This document shows positions 37,218 through 51,060 of a stretch of DNA of 64,000 bases, piece after piece. Below the pieces are notes generated by a model. That model did no database searches. It was not told the origin of the DNA and saw only the letters and a program-made list of their open reading frames with translations. Every line of letters starts with the position of its first letter. The stretch's first letter is position 1. This stretch comes from Camelus ferus (Eukaryota), in the NCBI RefSeq assembly GCF_009834535.1, contig NC_045696.1:84756001-84820000 (forward strand), written 5' to 3'. A program made the position numbers and the translations under genes.

Positions 37218-40200
37218 GGATTGTTATGCAGATTAACCATCAACCCTATCTGCTTAGAATAATGCCTGGCACATAATTAGCTGTGAATGTCTTAATGTAA
37301 AAGAACTGAACAAATAAAAGCAATGAAAAGAGATACGATAAAAGAGTGGCAATGGTTTACATATTTCCAGTTTTATCAGATGTTAAGAAAATTCCAAGCA
37401 CAAATTTGAAGACTCAAAGAATTCTAAATCTGTACAAAAAGCAACAAAACCTTGCTCTAACTGCATCACAAATGTTACAAAAAAGAATGTTATGCCATAA
37501 AACACTGTATATGTATAATGTATTATATGTCTTCTAAGACACATAATGTTATATATATATATATATACTTGAAAAGTTTATATTGGTAGTTTATCAGAAG
37601 AAGAGAAAGAAGTAGGAGAAAAGGGAGGAACAGGAAGACGAAAGAGAAAGAAAAGAATGATTTGAGAAACATGTCTATTTTAATGTCATTCTTTTTCAAA
37701 ATTTTCAAAAACTATAATGTGTTTAGGAGTCAGTAGCAAAATCATCATAATAATAAGCATGCGAATCAACTTAGGAAATTATTCTGAACTCATAAGCCAA
37801 TACATGGGTTAATGCTCAGTAAATAGGAAAAGTCTAAAAATTTTTAGTATAAATAACATTGTTTTATATGTCCCTTTTAGTTTTTTTTTTAATATCTATT
37901 GTTCTTTGATTGATGAAGAGAATTAAATACAACGCTCTCTGAATTCTCCAATGAAGTTAAGGAGAAATTGGACTGAAAGTACAAATACCAAGTCCAGCTG
38001 CAAAATAATGCTGTAAATTGCCTTTAAAGGCAAGTGTTTTCAGTCCCCTCCCACCCCCCATCTACTGATATCATATCCATTAAACTTAACATTTCAGAAA
38101 GCTTTGTTATACTTTGTTTGTGATTATTTGAATAAAATACTTTTTAGCTCATTTTAAGATAAAAAAATTCAAATATATCTTGTATAGCCTTTCTATCTTT
38201 CTAACATATTATCATATTTGAATGCTGCAGTATCCCAATCCTGGTGAGTTCGGCAAAACAAGAGTTTCAATTCAACTCTTAGAATAAAGGAACTCAGACT
38301 CAGAGACTCTTATGTTATAACTTTAGTACACATAGCAGGTAGCTGCCAAAGATCTCGGGAATGTGATCTTACCATCCTTAGTGACTTCACCGTGTTTGCT
38401 TTACATTAACAAGATTCATTCTGATTTCCTTTATGAATATAATTTAGCTCTCTGTGAACCCAGCAGGTGTCCTTTCTTTTTCCCCTGGTAGTTGTAACTC
38501 ATAATGAGTATGTCGTGTTTGCAGAATTCATATTTTTAAAAGTTGAATTAAATATTCTTTCCACTTTAAATTTACTAACCTCTGATATACCTGTCATATT
38601 AATTTTCAAAATTTGAGAGCTTTCAATAATTAAACTGAATATTTTCCTCCTGTTTACAGTTTTGCAACACGCATCCAACAAATATCAAATGCTAACCAAG
38701 TCCCAGACTTTCTTCTAGGCATAAGGGATACACTGGAGAAGGACTAATTCTGTTCTTTTTGCGGAACTCATGGTGGAGCTGGAAAAGCAAGTAATAAATA
38801 AAAAGATGTATTTTAAAACAGTGATAAGTATTCTCAAGAAAAGTAAGGAAGAGTAAAGAGGTAGGGTATTTTACTATAAGATACAAAGTAACATGATATA
38901 AAATGACTGCTAGAATTTGAGAGTTAACATTTTTATGATTTGAGAATTTTTTTCTGATCATAAATACATTAAATTATCCATAATTTTATGTGTAAATTTC
39001 TACCCCCACCCCAGGTAACTGGTTGACTAATTTGGCTCTTCTTTTTCTACGAACTACCAAGTTTTCTCTCAATATACAACTTATATTGGTGTTCTTAGTA
39101 TTAATAGTCTTTATTTTGCAGTTTAAATCTCTAATACTTAGATCATAGCCCATAAACGTAGGATTGTAAAAGTAGGAAGATATCTAAACATAAAGTCTCA
39201 AAGTAGGAAAGGATTAACAAATTAAAATTTGCTCATCAGGACCATTTGGGCCTAAAGAAGTTAACCAACTTTCTCAGCATCTAAGGTGACTTGAAAACTT
39301 AGCTTTCTTACTTCCTATTTTATTATTTTTTTTATTCGTGTTGACATGTTACACACAGATGTAACAGCCTGTCACCTACACGATGCCATTTGAAGGGGAA
39401 ATATTAGGGGCACTATACACCCTCAAAAAATCACCTCACATGCTAGATAATGCTTAAGACCCCATAATTCATGAATAATTCATAAATATTCCTTCTTAAA
39501 TTTCACAAGGCCCTAGCAAGTGTGATACAGAATACATTATTTGTTATTCACCCACTTTTTATGAATTTAAGTTTATCACATGCTTTCTGAATTGGATTTA
39601 ACAGTATGGAAAAATAAGGGATCTTATCACCAAAGGGATGGGGAGTGATGGGCAGCCCCACAGAAAACTCAAAAGACAGATGTCGACAATTTCAGTTTGG
39701 CTTAATAAATACAACCATGGGAGCAGAGAGGTTCTCCAAACAGCGAATTGTTTCCTGTGAGGAGGAAATGTGGAGGACATATCCTACAGGACAACTTTAT
39801 CTCCCACTTCCAGTTCAAACACTGGAACTATTGCCTGAACTGTTTCTTACTTTCCCATTTGGTCACGCCAATGCTGTGCTCTGTCTACTCTAGTCCATTG
39901 CGTGGATACCAGGTTAGTTTCTCACTTCAGATCTAATTATACCACATTCTCCTCAAAAGCCTAATTTGCCCCTCCTTCTATTATCTACAGAAGGAAAAAA
40001 AAATCAAACTTTTTCACTGCTAGTCAAGATTTCCCCATTCTAACCCTGCCTGTACCTCTTTTCTCTTTATACCTTGTATCATATGTGTCTTTCTGCAGCC
40101 TCAAAGAACATGCTCTTTGGAAAATCTTTGGAAGTAATTGTTTTATGGAACAAAAATGATCATGTTAAGGGGGTATATGATGCAGAGAAATAATAAAAGG

Positions 40201-41163
40201 AAAGGAAAAAATTATATAAAAGATGGTGAGTAATTGGAAGAATGATTGCTAATTGTATATAATAAAAATGATCTTTTCATAACAAACATGGATTCTGTAG
40301 AATGATATATTGTGTTGCAATGTAGATGCAGTTATGTTTGTTAGGATAAAATATTTCACAGCTAGCTCAAGGATGTGTTTCTGGCCCTTCAAAGTGCCTG
40401 GCCCTCAAATTCCAAAATAGGATTCTAGATTTATTTTTAATCCTACCACTCAGGTGGATTAAAGCCCAGGAGGAGGGCATCACCTCTTCTCATTGATCCT
40501 CTGTTTATTCAGCAAGTAAATTTTAAAATTGAGAAGTTTTAGCTATTATACAGAGAACTTGAACAGAGGAACTAAATGGGGAAACCTCAATTTGGATTAA
40601 AGGTATAAAAAAACATGGTCCTAGAAAGTAGGCTTTTTAAATAAAATTATAAAGACTCAAGATGATTCAGAAAAGCATTACTTAGGGATAGAGAGAATGG
40701 AATAGGGAGATAAAGAGGAGACCTAGTAATGGGTTAAGTGAGGGATACACTAAAATATATTATTAGAGATTTAATTCTGACACTGCCTGTACTCACCAAA
40801 ATCAATTTTTTCTTCACATATTCATATGTTAATGTAAGTAGCCCTTATAAATCTTCAGAGCAAGGATATGAAAATTGGAATTATTCAACCCCAGAGATAA
40901 CCCAATAATTCTGGGAATTGTCACTAATATCTGGCAAAAAGTTGTTTTCTAGTACAGTGAATGCTAACAAAAAGTTACTAGCAGTATTGACTATAAAAGC
41001 AACATACACACACAAAAGTTTTGCTAATTTTTCTGGAGAATGAGATAGTGGAATCTAAATTACATCTTTATTTTTTAACTCTCAGCTAGAATACCAAAAT
41101 ATAAGAACCTGCAAGAGAAACACTTTGAAATGTATTTATTTTTCCATAGCTGAAAAGCTTTTT

Positions 41164-41741
41164 GGCTATTACCAAAAAGACAATAAATAACAAGTGTTGA
41201 CTAGGATGTGGAGAAAAAGGAACCCTCATGCACTATTGGTAGGAATACAGTTGGTGCAGCCACTATGGAAAACAGTATGGAGATTCCTCAAAAATTAATA
41301 ATAAACTATGATATGATTCAGAATTCCACTCCTAGGCATTTACCTGAAGAAATCAAAAACATTATTAGAAAATACATATGTACCCTTATGTTCACTGCAG
41401 CATTATTTACAATAGCCAAGATATGAAAGCAACCCAAAGGCCCATAAATAAATGAATGGATTAAAACAATGTGGTACCTATATACAATGACATATTATTC
41501 AGCCATAAAAAGTACGGAATCTTGCCATTTGCGACATGACCTAGATGATATTACACTCAGTGAAATGTCAGACAGAGAAAGACAAATCCTGAATGATTTC
41601 ATTTATCAGTGGGATATTAAAAAAAATAAATAAATAAACATTACAAAACAGAAACAGAGTTATGGATACAGAGAACAAACAGGTGGTTGCCAGAGGGGTG
41701 GAGGAAGAAAGAAATAGAAAAAAAAATTAAATAAATAAAAA
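41164..41741 (+). mobile_element. LINE-1 ORF2 C-terminus and partial 3'UTR (laurasiatherian L1MA-like)
   Basis: ORF 41208-41426 begins EKKEPSCTIG and ends CTLMFTAALFTIAK; 3'UTR ACAGAGAACAAACAGGTGGTTGCCAGAGG followed by an A-rich tail. Confidence 0.9.
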
Positions 41742-42599
41742 TGAAAGCAATACAAATTTCCTGTATCAAGATGATAAGGTAAAGTCACTTTTAAAAGTCA
41801 TCTTAAACAGGAAGAAAGAGAAACACAAATAGAAATTTTGATGAAAGTAGAAGACAATTGTAAGCCTACATTACTGTTCATGAAGACTGAAAGTAGTTGG
41901 AAGTATAGTAAATAATTTTACAGGATTGAGGTATGTAATTTTGGTGCATGCAGAAGAAATACTCCTGAGCAATAGGTTAATAAAACTTATATAGCTCTTC
42001 AAAATCAGAAAGACACTTAACAAAAGGTGGGCATGAGGGGGAATGTGTAGGATGAAAGGGCTGAAAAACAAGAGAATTGTATGAGCATCTGTTTAAAGAG
42101 CAGTTAGACCCAAAGACTAATTTTATCCAATTCTAAAGGAAATAAATATATTCTCTAGGTTGGAAGACTTAAGAATCCTGTCACAGATAAGGACTGGAGT
42201 AATTTTCCAAATGAAAATATGCCCAGACCTTCAATGTGCCCCATTCAGTCCCAGAGCTCTAGGTGTCAGGCATTTATATCTCAGGCAGTTGATTAAAGCA
42301 TGGTTCTGTGGAAAAACTTAACTGACCTAGAGAAGCAATGTGCCCCAGAGAAAAGACCACAAATCCTTTTTGAATGTAAAACTAGAGGGCTCCCAATTAT
42401 TCAAATTCCATTATTATTATTTGCAACCCCAGAAATTGATAAAACCACTCAGACTGCTTAAGAAATTAAAATCACAAATTCAATGTTAGATTATGATTCA
42501 GTTAAGTACTGAAGTCAGCCTATCGGAAAATAAGAAAGGGGAAGGAATAATAAAACTTAATTCCCTGGACAGTCTCCTTCACCCACTTTTTCCCCCTTT

Positions 42600-43660
42600 T
42601 TTAAACTCATCTTTATTTTGAAACCATTATGCTGACTTGACCTAGTAATATGAATAAACAATCAGGTTTACGGTGACACTGGCAGGTGAGGGTTGGCTGA
42701 GTAGAGTCTTCCAAGAAGATATTCCAGTCAACTCTTAAGAGCTTCATTCAAATATATTACACAAAGAAGGATCATCAGACATTTGTGGAGAACTTCCAAC
42801 ATGAAAGTTGAAGAGCCAAACAAAGAGAATTAAAGGGACTCAGAAAAAGCAGAGAAAATGCAATAAGGAGAAGAAAACTCCAAAAGGAGTTATAATTAAT
42901 CTAATAAAGAATGGGGAAATAAGAACAGGATGCTTTTTGTAGTGGGGAGAACAGAATGAAGCTGAGGCACATGGACATGCACACAGACACTACAGTAATT
43001 ATTTAAATACTGAAATTTGATAAAAATCAATAATGATATTAGAAGGTAAAATTAAAGAAATTTATTAGATTAATTTTCACAGTAAACACAAGAGAAGTCT
43101 CACATGACAGCCAAAAAGGCATGTAGGGTCCCAGTGCTTCAGAAAAGAGCAAACACAATGGACAAATGTCTTAAATAACTTTGGATTAATTAAATTAGAT
43201 ATAATCGTTGCAATGTTATTAGACAGGGATAACTTAATAATGGGTTTAAAGAAAACTGAGCTCACAAAAAAGAATTATCAATGCCAAGACAACAGAAAGT
43301 TGCACAAGAAAGGAAATTTAATCATAGTACACTTCTTAGGTTCATAGTGAGAAATTATTCATAAAGGCATACAGTATGCAATATTAAAAAGAACATACAA
43401 GTACTAAGCCAAGGAATAGTGAATAAACTATGTAGGGAGTATGGTTCGAAGACAGAGTGATGTAAAGAAGTAAAATTTTTCATCTACTGTAACTGGAAGT
43501 CAATTTAAAATTGATGAATCAGGGAATAATTTGCACACATTTTTGGTAGAAACATCTAGGGAAATACCAGAAGAAATGCATACTAGTTAAAAGTGATTGC
43601 CTCTGTTGAATGGGGCAATGGTAGAAAGAGGAGAGTCACAGATAGAGTATTATATATTTT
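42600..43660 (+). mobile_element. Ancient L1ME/HAL1-type relic
   Basis: GGATCATCAGACATTTG..CAACATGAAAG, AAGAACAGGATGCT and TTAAAAGTGATTGCCTCTG motifs. Confidence 0.4.
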
Positions 43661-44354
43661 TAATTGTTTTTTATTTCTTGTAATATTTCGGTACATTTTG
43701 CTTATACTCACTCATTATTTTTGGATTAAAAACTAATTAAAGAGGAAAACATTGTAGGCTTTCCAAAGGAATTTTGGAAAAGAACAACATCACTCAAACA
43801 AAAACTGCTAACATAGTCATGGATTTCTTCCCATAATGTGTGTGTATATTTTGATAAACTAAAACAATGTAAATAGTGATTTTTTTTCATATAACATGAC
43901 AAACTAAACACTTAGATGTTGTTACAAATTCAGTATGAAGATTATTTTTATGTGTTAAAATACAATTGCTTCAAAAAATATTCCATAATTTATCTATTTG
44001 CCTTTCTTGGTCTGTTAGTAGTTTTGTTGTGTGATATTATGAATTCAGAAATTACAAGATGAGAACAAATATCTAAAGATCATTTTTTCAAAATATGCTT
44101 TCAGAGTTGGAAACACCAAACAAATTTTAATGCTTCACTACATATTACCGAAGTACTATCCAAAGTGATTAAACTCACATACACTGCCATCAGAAATACA
44201 TGTCAGTGCTTATTTCATCGTGGCTTCTCCATTTGTTCCTTGATATTTCTAGGATAATTTCTAAACTGCCAATCAGTAAATCTTTCCTCTTCCCATTGCA
44301 GGGATTAATGGAAGAAATGCAGATTTCCCCAAACAAGTATTAAATCAAAGTATA

Positions 44355-44357
<3 letters not shown>

Positions 44358-44405
<48 letters not shown>
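44358..44405. repeat. (GAT)16 microsatellite
   Basis: Read directly; perfect repeat. Confidence 0.98.
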
Positions 44406-44406
<1 letters not shown>

Positions 44407-44610
44407 CATTCTCACTGTCTCTCCACATTCCCTCCCCATACAGAATATGTCCTTAGTCCTAAGTTTATATCCATATTTTCAACATAATTAAATGAAATAT
44501 GAATTGTAAATGCCAGACATTCACCGAGATAGTCGTGGATAAGAACAAAGGGCCAAAATTGGACAAATGGGAAACAATGGTGTTTTAACTTAAAGAGAAA
44601 AAAAAAAAGA

Positions 44611-44612
<2 letters not shown>

Positions 44613-44639
<27 letters not shown>
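44613..44639. repeat. (CAG)9 microsatellite following an A-run
   Basis: Read directly from sequence. Confidence 0.98.
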
Positions 44640-44642
<3 letters not shown>

Positions 44643-44669
44643 GATTTGGAATCATTAGTTTCAAAACTG

Positions 44670-45070
44670 AAACTTCAGGGCTAGGAAAGGGAGGAGGGAA
44701 ATAGGAAGTAGCTGAGGCTACAAAAGGGTAGCATGAGGAATTCTTGTAATGGAAATATTCTGTGTCTTAACTATGGAACTGGTCACACAGATCTATACAT
44801 GAGACAAAGCTACACAGAAATTACATAGAATTACATGTGTACAAAATACACACAGACACACTCAAATGACTGCACATAAAACTGATGAATTCTGAGTAAG
44901 TTTGATGGATGGCATCCATGTCAATTTCCTGGTTGTGATATTGTACCATAGTTACTGCAAGTTGTAATCATTGGAGAGACAACCATCCATAATCTCTTGA
45001 CTCTCTCAGTATTATCTCTTACAACTGAAGTATAAAACTTCAGTTATCTCAAAATTGAATTTTTTTACAA
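44670..45070 (+). mobile_element. L1MD/L1MC-type 3'UTR
   Basis: GGCTACAAAAGGGTAGCATGAGGAATTCTTGTAATGGAAATATTCTGTGTCTT..TGTCAATTTCCTGGTTGTGATATTGTAC..TCTTACAACTG..TTATCTCAAAAT. Confidence 0.85.
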
Positions 45071-46829
45071 GAACACTTAATCTTCTTAGAAAACATAGAA
45101 AGGGGCCTGAGGTCTATTTTTTCATGTCCTCTTTATGGGTTCCCTGATTTCAAGACACTATTGGTAAATATTAGTCAAGTTTTAATGACAAACAAATTTT
45201 ATCTTTTATAACTACAAATTTGCATAGATTTATTATTTAAAAGTTAATAAAATAAAATGCATATTATAGCATGATACAATTCTGTAATTATAAACTCTTC
45301 AAATGAAACTCTTAAGTAATTTTTTCTCCATTTTGGTCCAATTATATCTGTCTATTATATTAGTTGAATTCCATTGATAAATAATCTCAATAACTTAAAC
45401 TTTCATATCAAATTGCTTCCATTTTTTTCCTTACTTAAAATGAAAGAGTCATAGAGCAGTTCTGGAAAAATGAATGAATGAATGAATGAAGAGTTTAGAG
45501 GGAAGCAATCATGATGATAGGTTCTAGAAAGGAAAGAGTTGTGTTTGCAGTTCTGTGTCTTGGAGTTCTCACAACTTTCAACTACTGACAAAAATCTACT
45601 CTTACATGGGAGAGAAAGGAATAAACAAATCTTAGGTCTGTTAGAAAGTTTCTCTAAGGAGAAATTTACAAAAATTCTGTACTCTTGTATCAAAAAAAAT
45701 CAAGAATTGCAGTTAAGGGAATGCTTTTATAATCACCAAAAGTGTTAATCCCCCAATAATTCCTGACACTACTCCAAAAGAATGAAAAGGACTCACTAGA
45801 TGAAGCCCATACATACTGGCTTCCTGCCCTATTAATATGCATGTCAAGAATGAAGAAAATTTTTTCATTCAAATTGTTCATGACAGAATTCTTATTGAGC
45901 AAAAATATTTTTTACCTTATAGATAAGAAGGAGGGCATAGTTGACCTAAATTTTATCATATATAATAAATTTAGTTCCACATTTATTGAGACTCTGTGTC
46001 TTACAACTTTAATATCTAGCAAAAAGGAAAAAAAAGATGAACATGATCTTTAAAAATTGCAGCACAGGTTGCTATGGGAGAGTTAAAGCTGGAAACTTAG
46101 CCAAGCTTGAGAGTTCAAGGAAAATTTTCTGTGAGTGATAATGCTCAGCTGAGAAAGTGCAATCTTTGATCTCATTCTTGAAAAAAAGGTTATACATTGA
46201 ACATATAAAGGGAAAGGGGAAAATTAAGTTCTTTAGACACTCTTCTCAACTGCTTCCTCTTTTAATTTTCAAGAATTTTGCTGTATTTCAAAGTTCAAGC
46301 TATAAAGATATTTGCTTTCAAAAGAAGTAGCAGGAGTTGCTTTTGTTTTTATTAGATACATAACAAAAAACATAAAAAATTACCAAAGTGAAATAAAAAG
46401 CAAGCTCGTTTCTTCTTTTATTACAGCACTGAAAATACATGTGAATTTTTTTCCTATACAAGATGATATAAACGAGAGAAGACACATCTAGTTAACATTA
46501 CCAAATCAACGAAAGATTTTTATGTTTTTCTCTGGGAGAAATACATTTAACCTTTCAGATACTTTTTTTTTTTTTTTTTTGGCCTCTGTTTTTCTAATGG
46601 CTTTAATCTTCCCTCTGTGGCTGCTCCTTTTCAGCCACTTTAGTAAATACCTGTTTATTGTCTTCTCTCTTAAAACTAGTTTCCTTAGAGGTTTAAGGAA
46701 ACATCTTTGTCTTCTTTGCTGGAACCATCTCCTTGAATAGCCACATTTACTAGCATTACCACACATTAAATATTCAGAAATCTACATACCAACACACTCA
46801 TACCCACCAGTTCCACCCCTGCTCACCAC

Positions 46830-47500
46830 ATTCTATGTTGGACGTCTCCACAAGCATCTCAAATTCACTATTTCTAAACCTACCTTCCCTTCAGTATTCC
46901 CTGTTTCAATGAATGGAGCCACCACACCCAGTTACCAAGTCAGCGTGCAGCAATGACCCTTTCCTCTGCCTTACTGACACATTCAATCTATTAGCAAGTC
47001 TTAACGTCTTCTTCTCTTACAGTCTAACAGTTTTGTTGCTCTGTATTCTAAATGCCAAAGCACTGTCCAGATCATTATCGCTTAATATAGATTTCTAGGA
47101 GACCCTCCTTACTAATCTTGATAAATTCACATTTACCTCATTTAAAATCATTTTCTATGATTATCCTGGAATAACCATTATTGTCTGTGTCCCTTGATCA
47201 CTCTCCTCTCAAATCTATTCAACAGCTGTCTATTGTATTTAGGTCTAAGAACCAGTCCCTTAAGAAAAAACTTCAGGGTCCTGCATTCATGATTATGTCT
47301 TCAGTCTCTTATGTCTTTTATGGTTTTTGTTGTGTACCCACTTCTAACTCTACCTTCCAGATAAAACTTCTCATCTTTGGATAGTCACACATTCTGTTTC
47401 CACATCCTAAAACACTTGTCACCCTTTCACCTTGCTTTACTTAGGAAATTCTATTCTCTTTCAAGTTTCAACTTAAATATTTTCTCACCAAATATCTGAG
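46830..47500 (+). mobile_element. L2 LINE relic
   Basis: CATCTCAAATTCA..CCCTGTTTCAATGAATGG..CACCCAGTT..TCACTCTCCTCTCAAA..TTCAAGTTTCAACTTAAAT. Confidence 0.75.
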
Positions 47501-48029
47501 TTCTAACTTAGCTTGGTTTTCACTGGTGCTGTTTCATGATGGCAAAAATAAACAAATTAATAATATAATTTCTACAATCAACAGAAACTAGAATCTTTGC
47601 ATGAGGAAATAAACAGGTCAATGGATAAGAAATTTAACAATAGATTTGATAGAGAAACCAAAATGACTATAGGAAAATGAATAAGAAAAATACATCTTAC
47701 TAATGCTCATATTTTCTTCAGTCTCCCTTTCCATCCTTGTGAAGCAAAGTTATCAAATCTATCTTTCAGAAATTTACTCACATGACATTTTAATTGTGAC
47801 ATTCATTGGTAACTATTTAGCTCCTTATTCCAGGGGCTAGCCTATCTTTAAAGAATTCCCCAGTCATTTGTCTTTTCTATCACTCAAATAAAAATATTAG
47901 TGAGCCATACTGTCAGAATCTCTTTAGCATCAAATTCAAACATCACACTGTAGAAACTAACATAAGCAGTCATAAACATGTATATTTTTGTCAGACTCCT
48001 GAAAGTGGGTATAACGTGGTGGTTAGGAA

Positions 48030-48230
48030 TAAAGATGTAAAACCTAGACTGATTGTGCTCAAATATTGGCAGTGCCATTTCCTGGTTATATTGTCTTAGA
48101 TTAGATAATTAATTTCATCTATGAAATAAAAATAATATTAGCACCTATATCATAAGTTCAATGCTATTTGAAAGAATTATAAGTGTGAATTTTGTAGCAC
48201 ACAGTAAACATCATGTTAGTGACAGCTATA
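48030..48230 (+). mobile_element. MIR SINE relic
   Basis: CTCAAATATTGGCAGTGCCATTTCCTGG..TTCATCTATGAAATAAAAATAATATTAGCACCT. Confidence 0.6.
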
Positions 48231-49848
48231 ATGAATTATCTGTGTAACTACTTAGCATTTTGCATGGGATTTCAGTAAAAGAATAAAATTGCAAAATGAA
48301 AGGAACAGCACCATATTTTAATCTCTCACTTACTCCGATCTAGTCAGCTTGCCTACATAAATCAGAGAATACTGGACTGTCATTCAAGGAAACTGCAGAA
48401 ATGGACCAGTCAGCAAATGTGATGACTGATATAAATTAAATTACACAAAAATATACACATTAACATGCAAATTATACTTGAATTTTGTATACCAAAAGCT
48501 AAACTGTGAAAACAAACAATGGGTCTCACTAGGATTCAGGATGTCAGAGTTGCAGATAAAATTTTTCTCTTCTTTTCAGTAGAGAAGTCTCTTATCATTT
48601 TGGTGATATAGCAACTCATCTACCTGCATCAAGACTTTGTTAATATTGTCATATAAACTTGAGGAGGTACTTCTGTCTTAGAATCTGCTTGGTGAATGCA
48701 CCTGTCTTCAAAGAGCTGTCACCACACTGCCAAACATCATCTGTATGCTTTGTGTCAGATAAGGGACGATGCTCCATGCCTATAAAACCATCATTTGAGA
48801 ATCATTTTTATTTTAGAATGGGCTTAATGCCTGGTTCATAAACAGTAATTAAAATTTGATCAATACATGCTTTACTTATTGGAATTCACATTATAACAGC
48901 TTTCATTATAGAATGGATCTAGTGAAATTATTTTGATATCACAAAAAACTTAAATACAAGCTACACAGTCAACCTAATTGAAGTACATCTATTTATTTAG
49001 CCATATTTTTAAGTACATAGATGGCTATCTGATATTTGACCTATCTTAAACATGGCTTCACCATTTACCAGTCATGTAAATGACTAGTGTCTACATCAGT
49101 AATATGGGAGAAAATATCTAATAATATATACAATGTGTGTATATTACATATGTAAAATAAAAAATACATGATGTCAAGAAATATTGGTACCTCATATATG
49201 CTTAACTCAAATAAGTATGTTCAGGAGAACAGAATTATGGAACATGACCAGTCCTATCATCAAAGAGCTTAAAATTTAGCTTCTAAGATAGAACTTAACA
49301 AGTCACTTAATCAGTTTGGATGTCAGAATTAATCAGTACCTAGTGGATTCTCAGCACTGGACTAAATGCACTGGTGGAAGAGGTCAGAATACAGAGGAAT
49401 GATAACAACATTCATCCTACCTTTAAGAAGCTTTCAAATATTAAACGTGGCAAATCAGGGATTCTTATCTGTAAAATAAAAGATCTGGGCTCGTCTTTGT
49501 CACGGTTTCTTCCCAGCTTAATTCTGTGCTCAGTGTACCATGTAGCAACAAACAACTCAAGAGGGTTTAGGTTAGAGCCTAACCACCTGATGCAGTCATC
49601 AAGGTGCTGTGAAGGTGAGAGGAGCGAAAACTCAACATGTTAAATTTCCAAGGGGAAATATTAGAAGGTATATCTTAAAGAATTAATAGGATTTGGATAG
49701 AATAAAATGAGAAATCATTCTAGGCCAAAGCAAACAATAAGACTGTAGACATTGAATCAAGAATGTATGAGTGCAAGTAGGAGCATATAGGAGAATATAT
49801 GGGGGGTAACCAAGATGATAAGAGGTTTTAGAATTCAGAAAGAGGAAA

Positions 49849-50070
49849 CATTCATGTTGTCATAAATAGCAGGACATTCTTTTTTTAAGGTAGAGTAATT
49901 ATATATATATAGTTATAGATATATTTCTCACGATTTCTTTATCCATTCATCCATGGAGGAACATGTACACTATTCCCCACATCTCAGCTATTATGAATAA
50001 TGCTGCAATGGTTATAGGAGTGCTGGTATCTCTTTGAGGTACTGTTTTCATTTCCTTAAAGTACATACAA
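49849..50070 (-). mobile_element. Inverted 5' segment of a twin-primed L1MA element
   Basis: Reverse strand AAGGAAATGAAAACAGTACCTCAAAGAGATACC..GGATGAATGGATAAAGAAA..GACAACATGAATG ends where the forward segment begins in the L1 consensus. Confidence 0.85.
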
Positions 50071-50403
50071 ATTTAGAGGACATCATCCTAAGTGAAAAGC
50101 CAGACACAGAAAGAAAAATAGTGCATTATCTCACTTATATGTAAAATCTACAAAAGAAGTAGAGAGTAAAAAGAGGGAGCAAAAAGGTCATTACATGAGA
50201 CCAAAGGGTACAGAAAATGGGGAGCTAGTCAAAGGGTACAAAGTCATATAGGATAAATCTAGAGATCTAACACACAGCATGGCAGTACTTAATAATACTG
50301 TGTAAAATATTGGAAATTTGTTAAGATTGTTGGTTTCAGGTGTTCACCACACACACACACACACATACGCAAAAATGGTAACTATGTGAGGAAATGGGAA
50401 TGT
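50071..50403 (+). mobile_element. L1MA 3' end, forward segment (host element, part 1)
   Basis: AGAGGACATCATCCTAAGTGAAAAGCCAGACACAGAAAG..TCAAAGGGTACAAAGT..AAAATGGTAACTATGTGAGG. Confidence 0.85.
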
Positions 50404-50914
50404 CCATCAGGAGATGCATGGATAAAGAAGACGTCAGGTGTGTGTGTTTGTCAATATTTTCCAAAAATACCTCCTCAAGTTTATATGACAATATTAACGA
50501 AAGTCTTGATGTAAGTAGGTGAGTTGCTATATCACCAATAGAATATTGCTCAGCTCTAAGAAGAGTGAAATAATGCCATCTGCAGCAACATAGATGGATC
50601 TAGAAATTATTAAATTAAGTAAAATAAGTCAGGCAACGACAAATATATGATATCATTTATATGTGAAATCTAAAAAAATACATACAAATGAACTTATTTA
50701 CAAACCAGAAACAGGCTCACAGACATAGAAAACAAACTTAAGTTACCTAAGGGGAAAGGGGCGGAAGGATAAATTAGGAGTTTGGGATTAACATACACGC
50801 ACTGCTACATATAAAATAGGTAAACAACAAGGACCTACTGTATAGCACAGAAACTATATTCAGTATCTTGTAATAACCTATAATGGAAAGGAATCTGAAA
50901 AAGAATATATGTGT

Positions 50915-50948
<34 letters not shown>

Positions 50949-51060
50949 AAACTGAACCACTTTGCTGTGCACCTGAAACTAACACAACATTGTAAATCAA
51001 CTATACTTCAATAAAAAAGAAAAAAGTAAATAAAATTTAAATAAATAAATAAATAAATTA
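50399..51060 (+). mobile_element. Cetartiodactyl-type LINE-1 3' end nested in the L1MA; contains (TG)n and an unexplained insert of about 100 bp
   Basis: AATGTCCATC..GGATAAAGAAGA; ACAAATGAACTTATTTACAAA..AACAACAAGGACCTACTGTATAGCACAG..CACCTGAAACTAACACAACATTGTAAATCAACTATACTTCAATAAAA. Confidence 0.9.

Noticed and set aside
44613..44639. PolyQ-coding exon
   Set aside because: It arises from an A-run next to an L1 relic, with no ORF or splice context.
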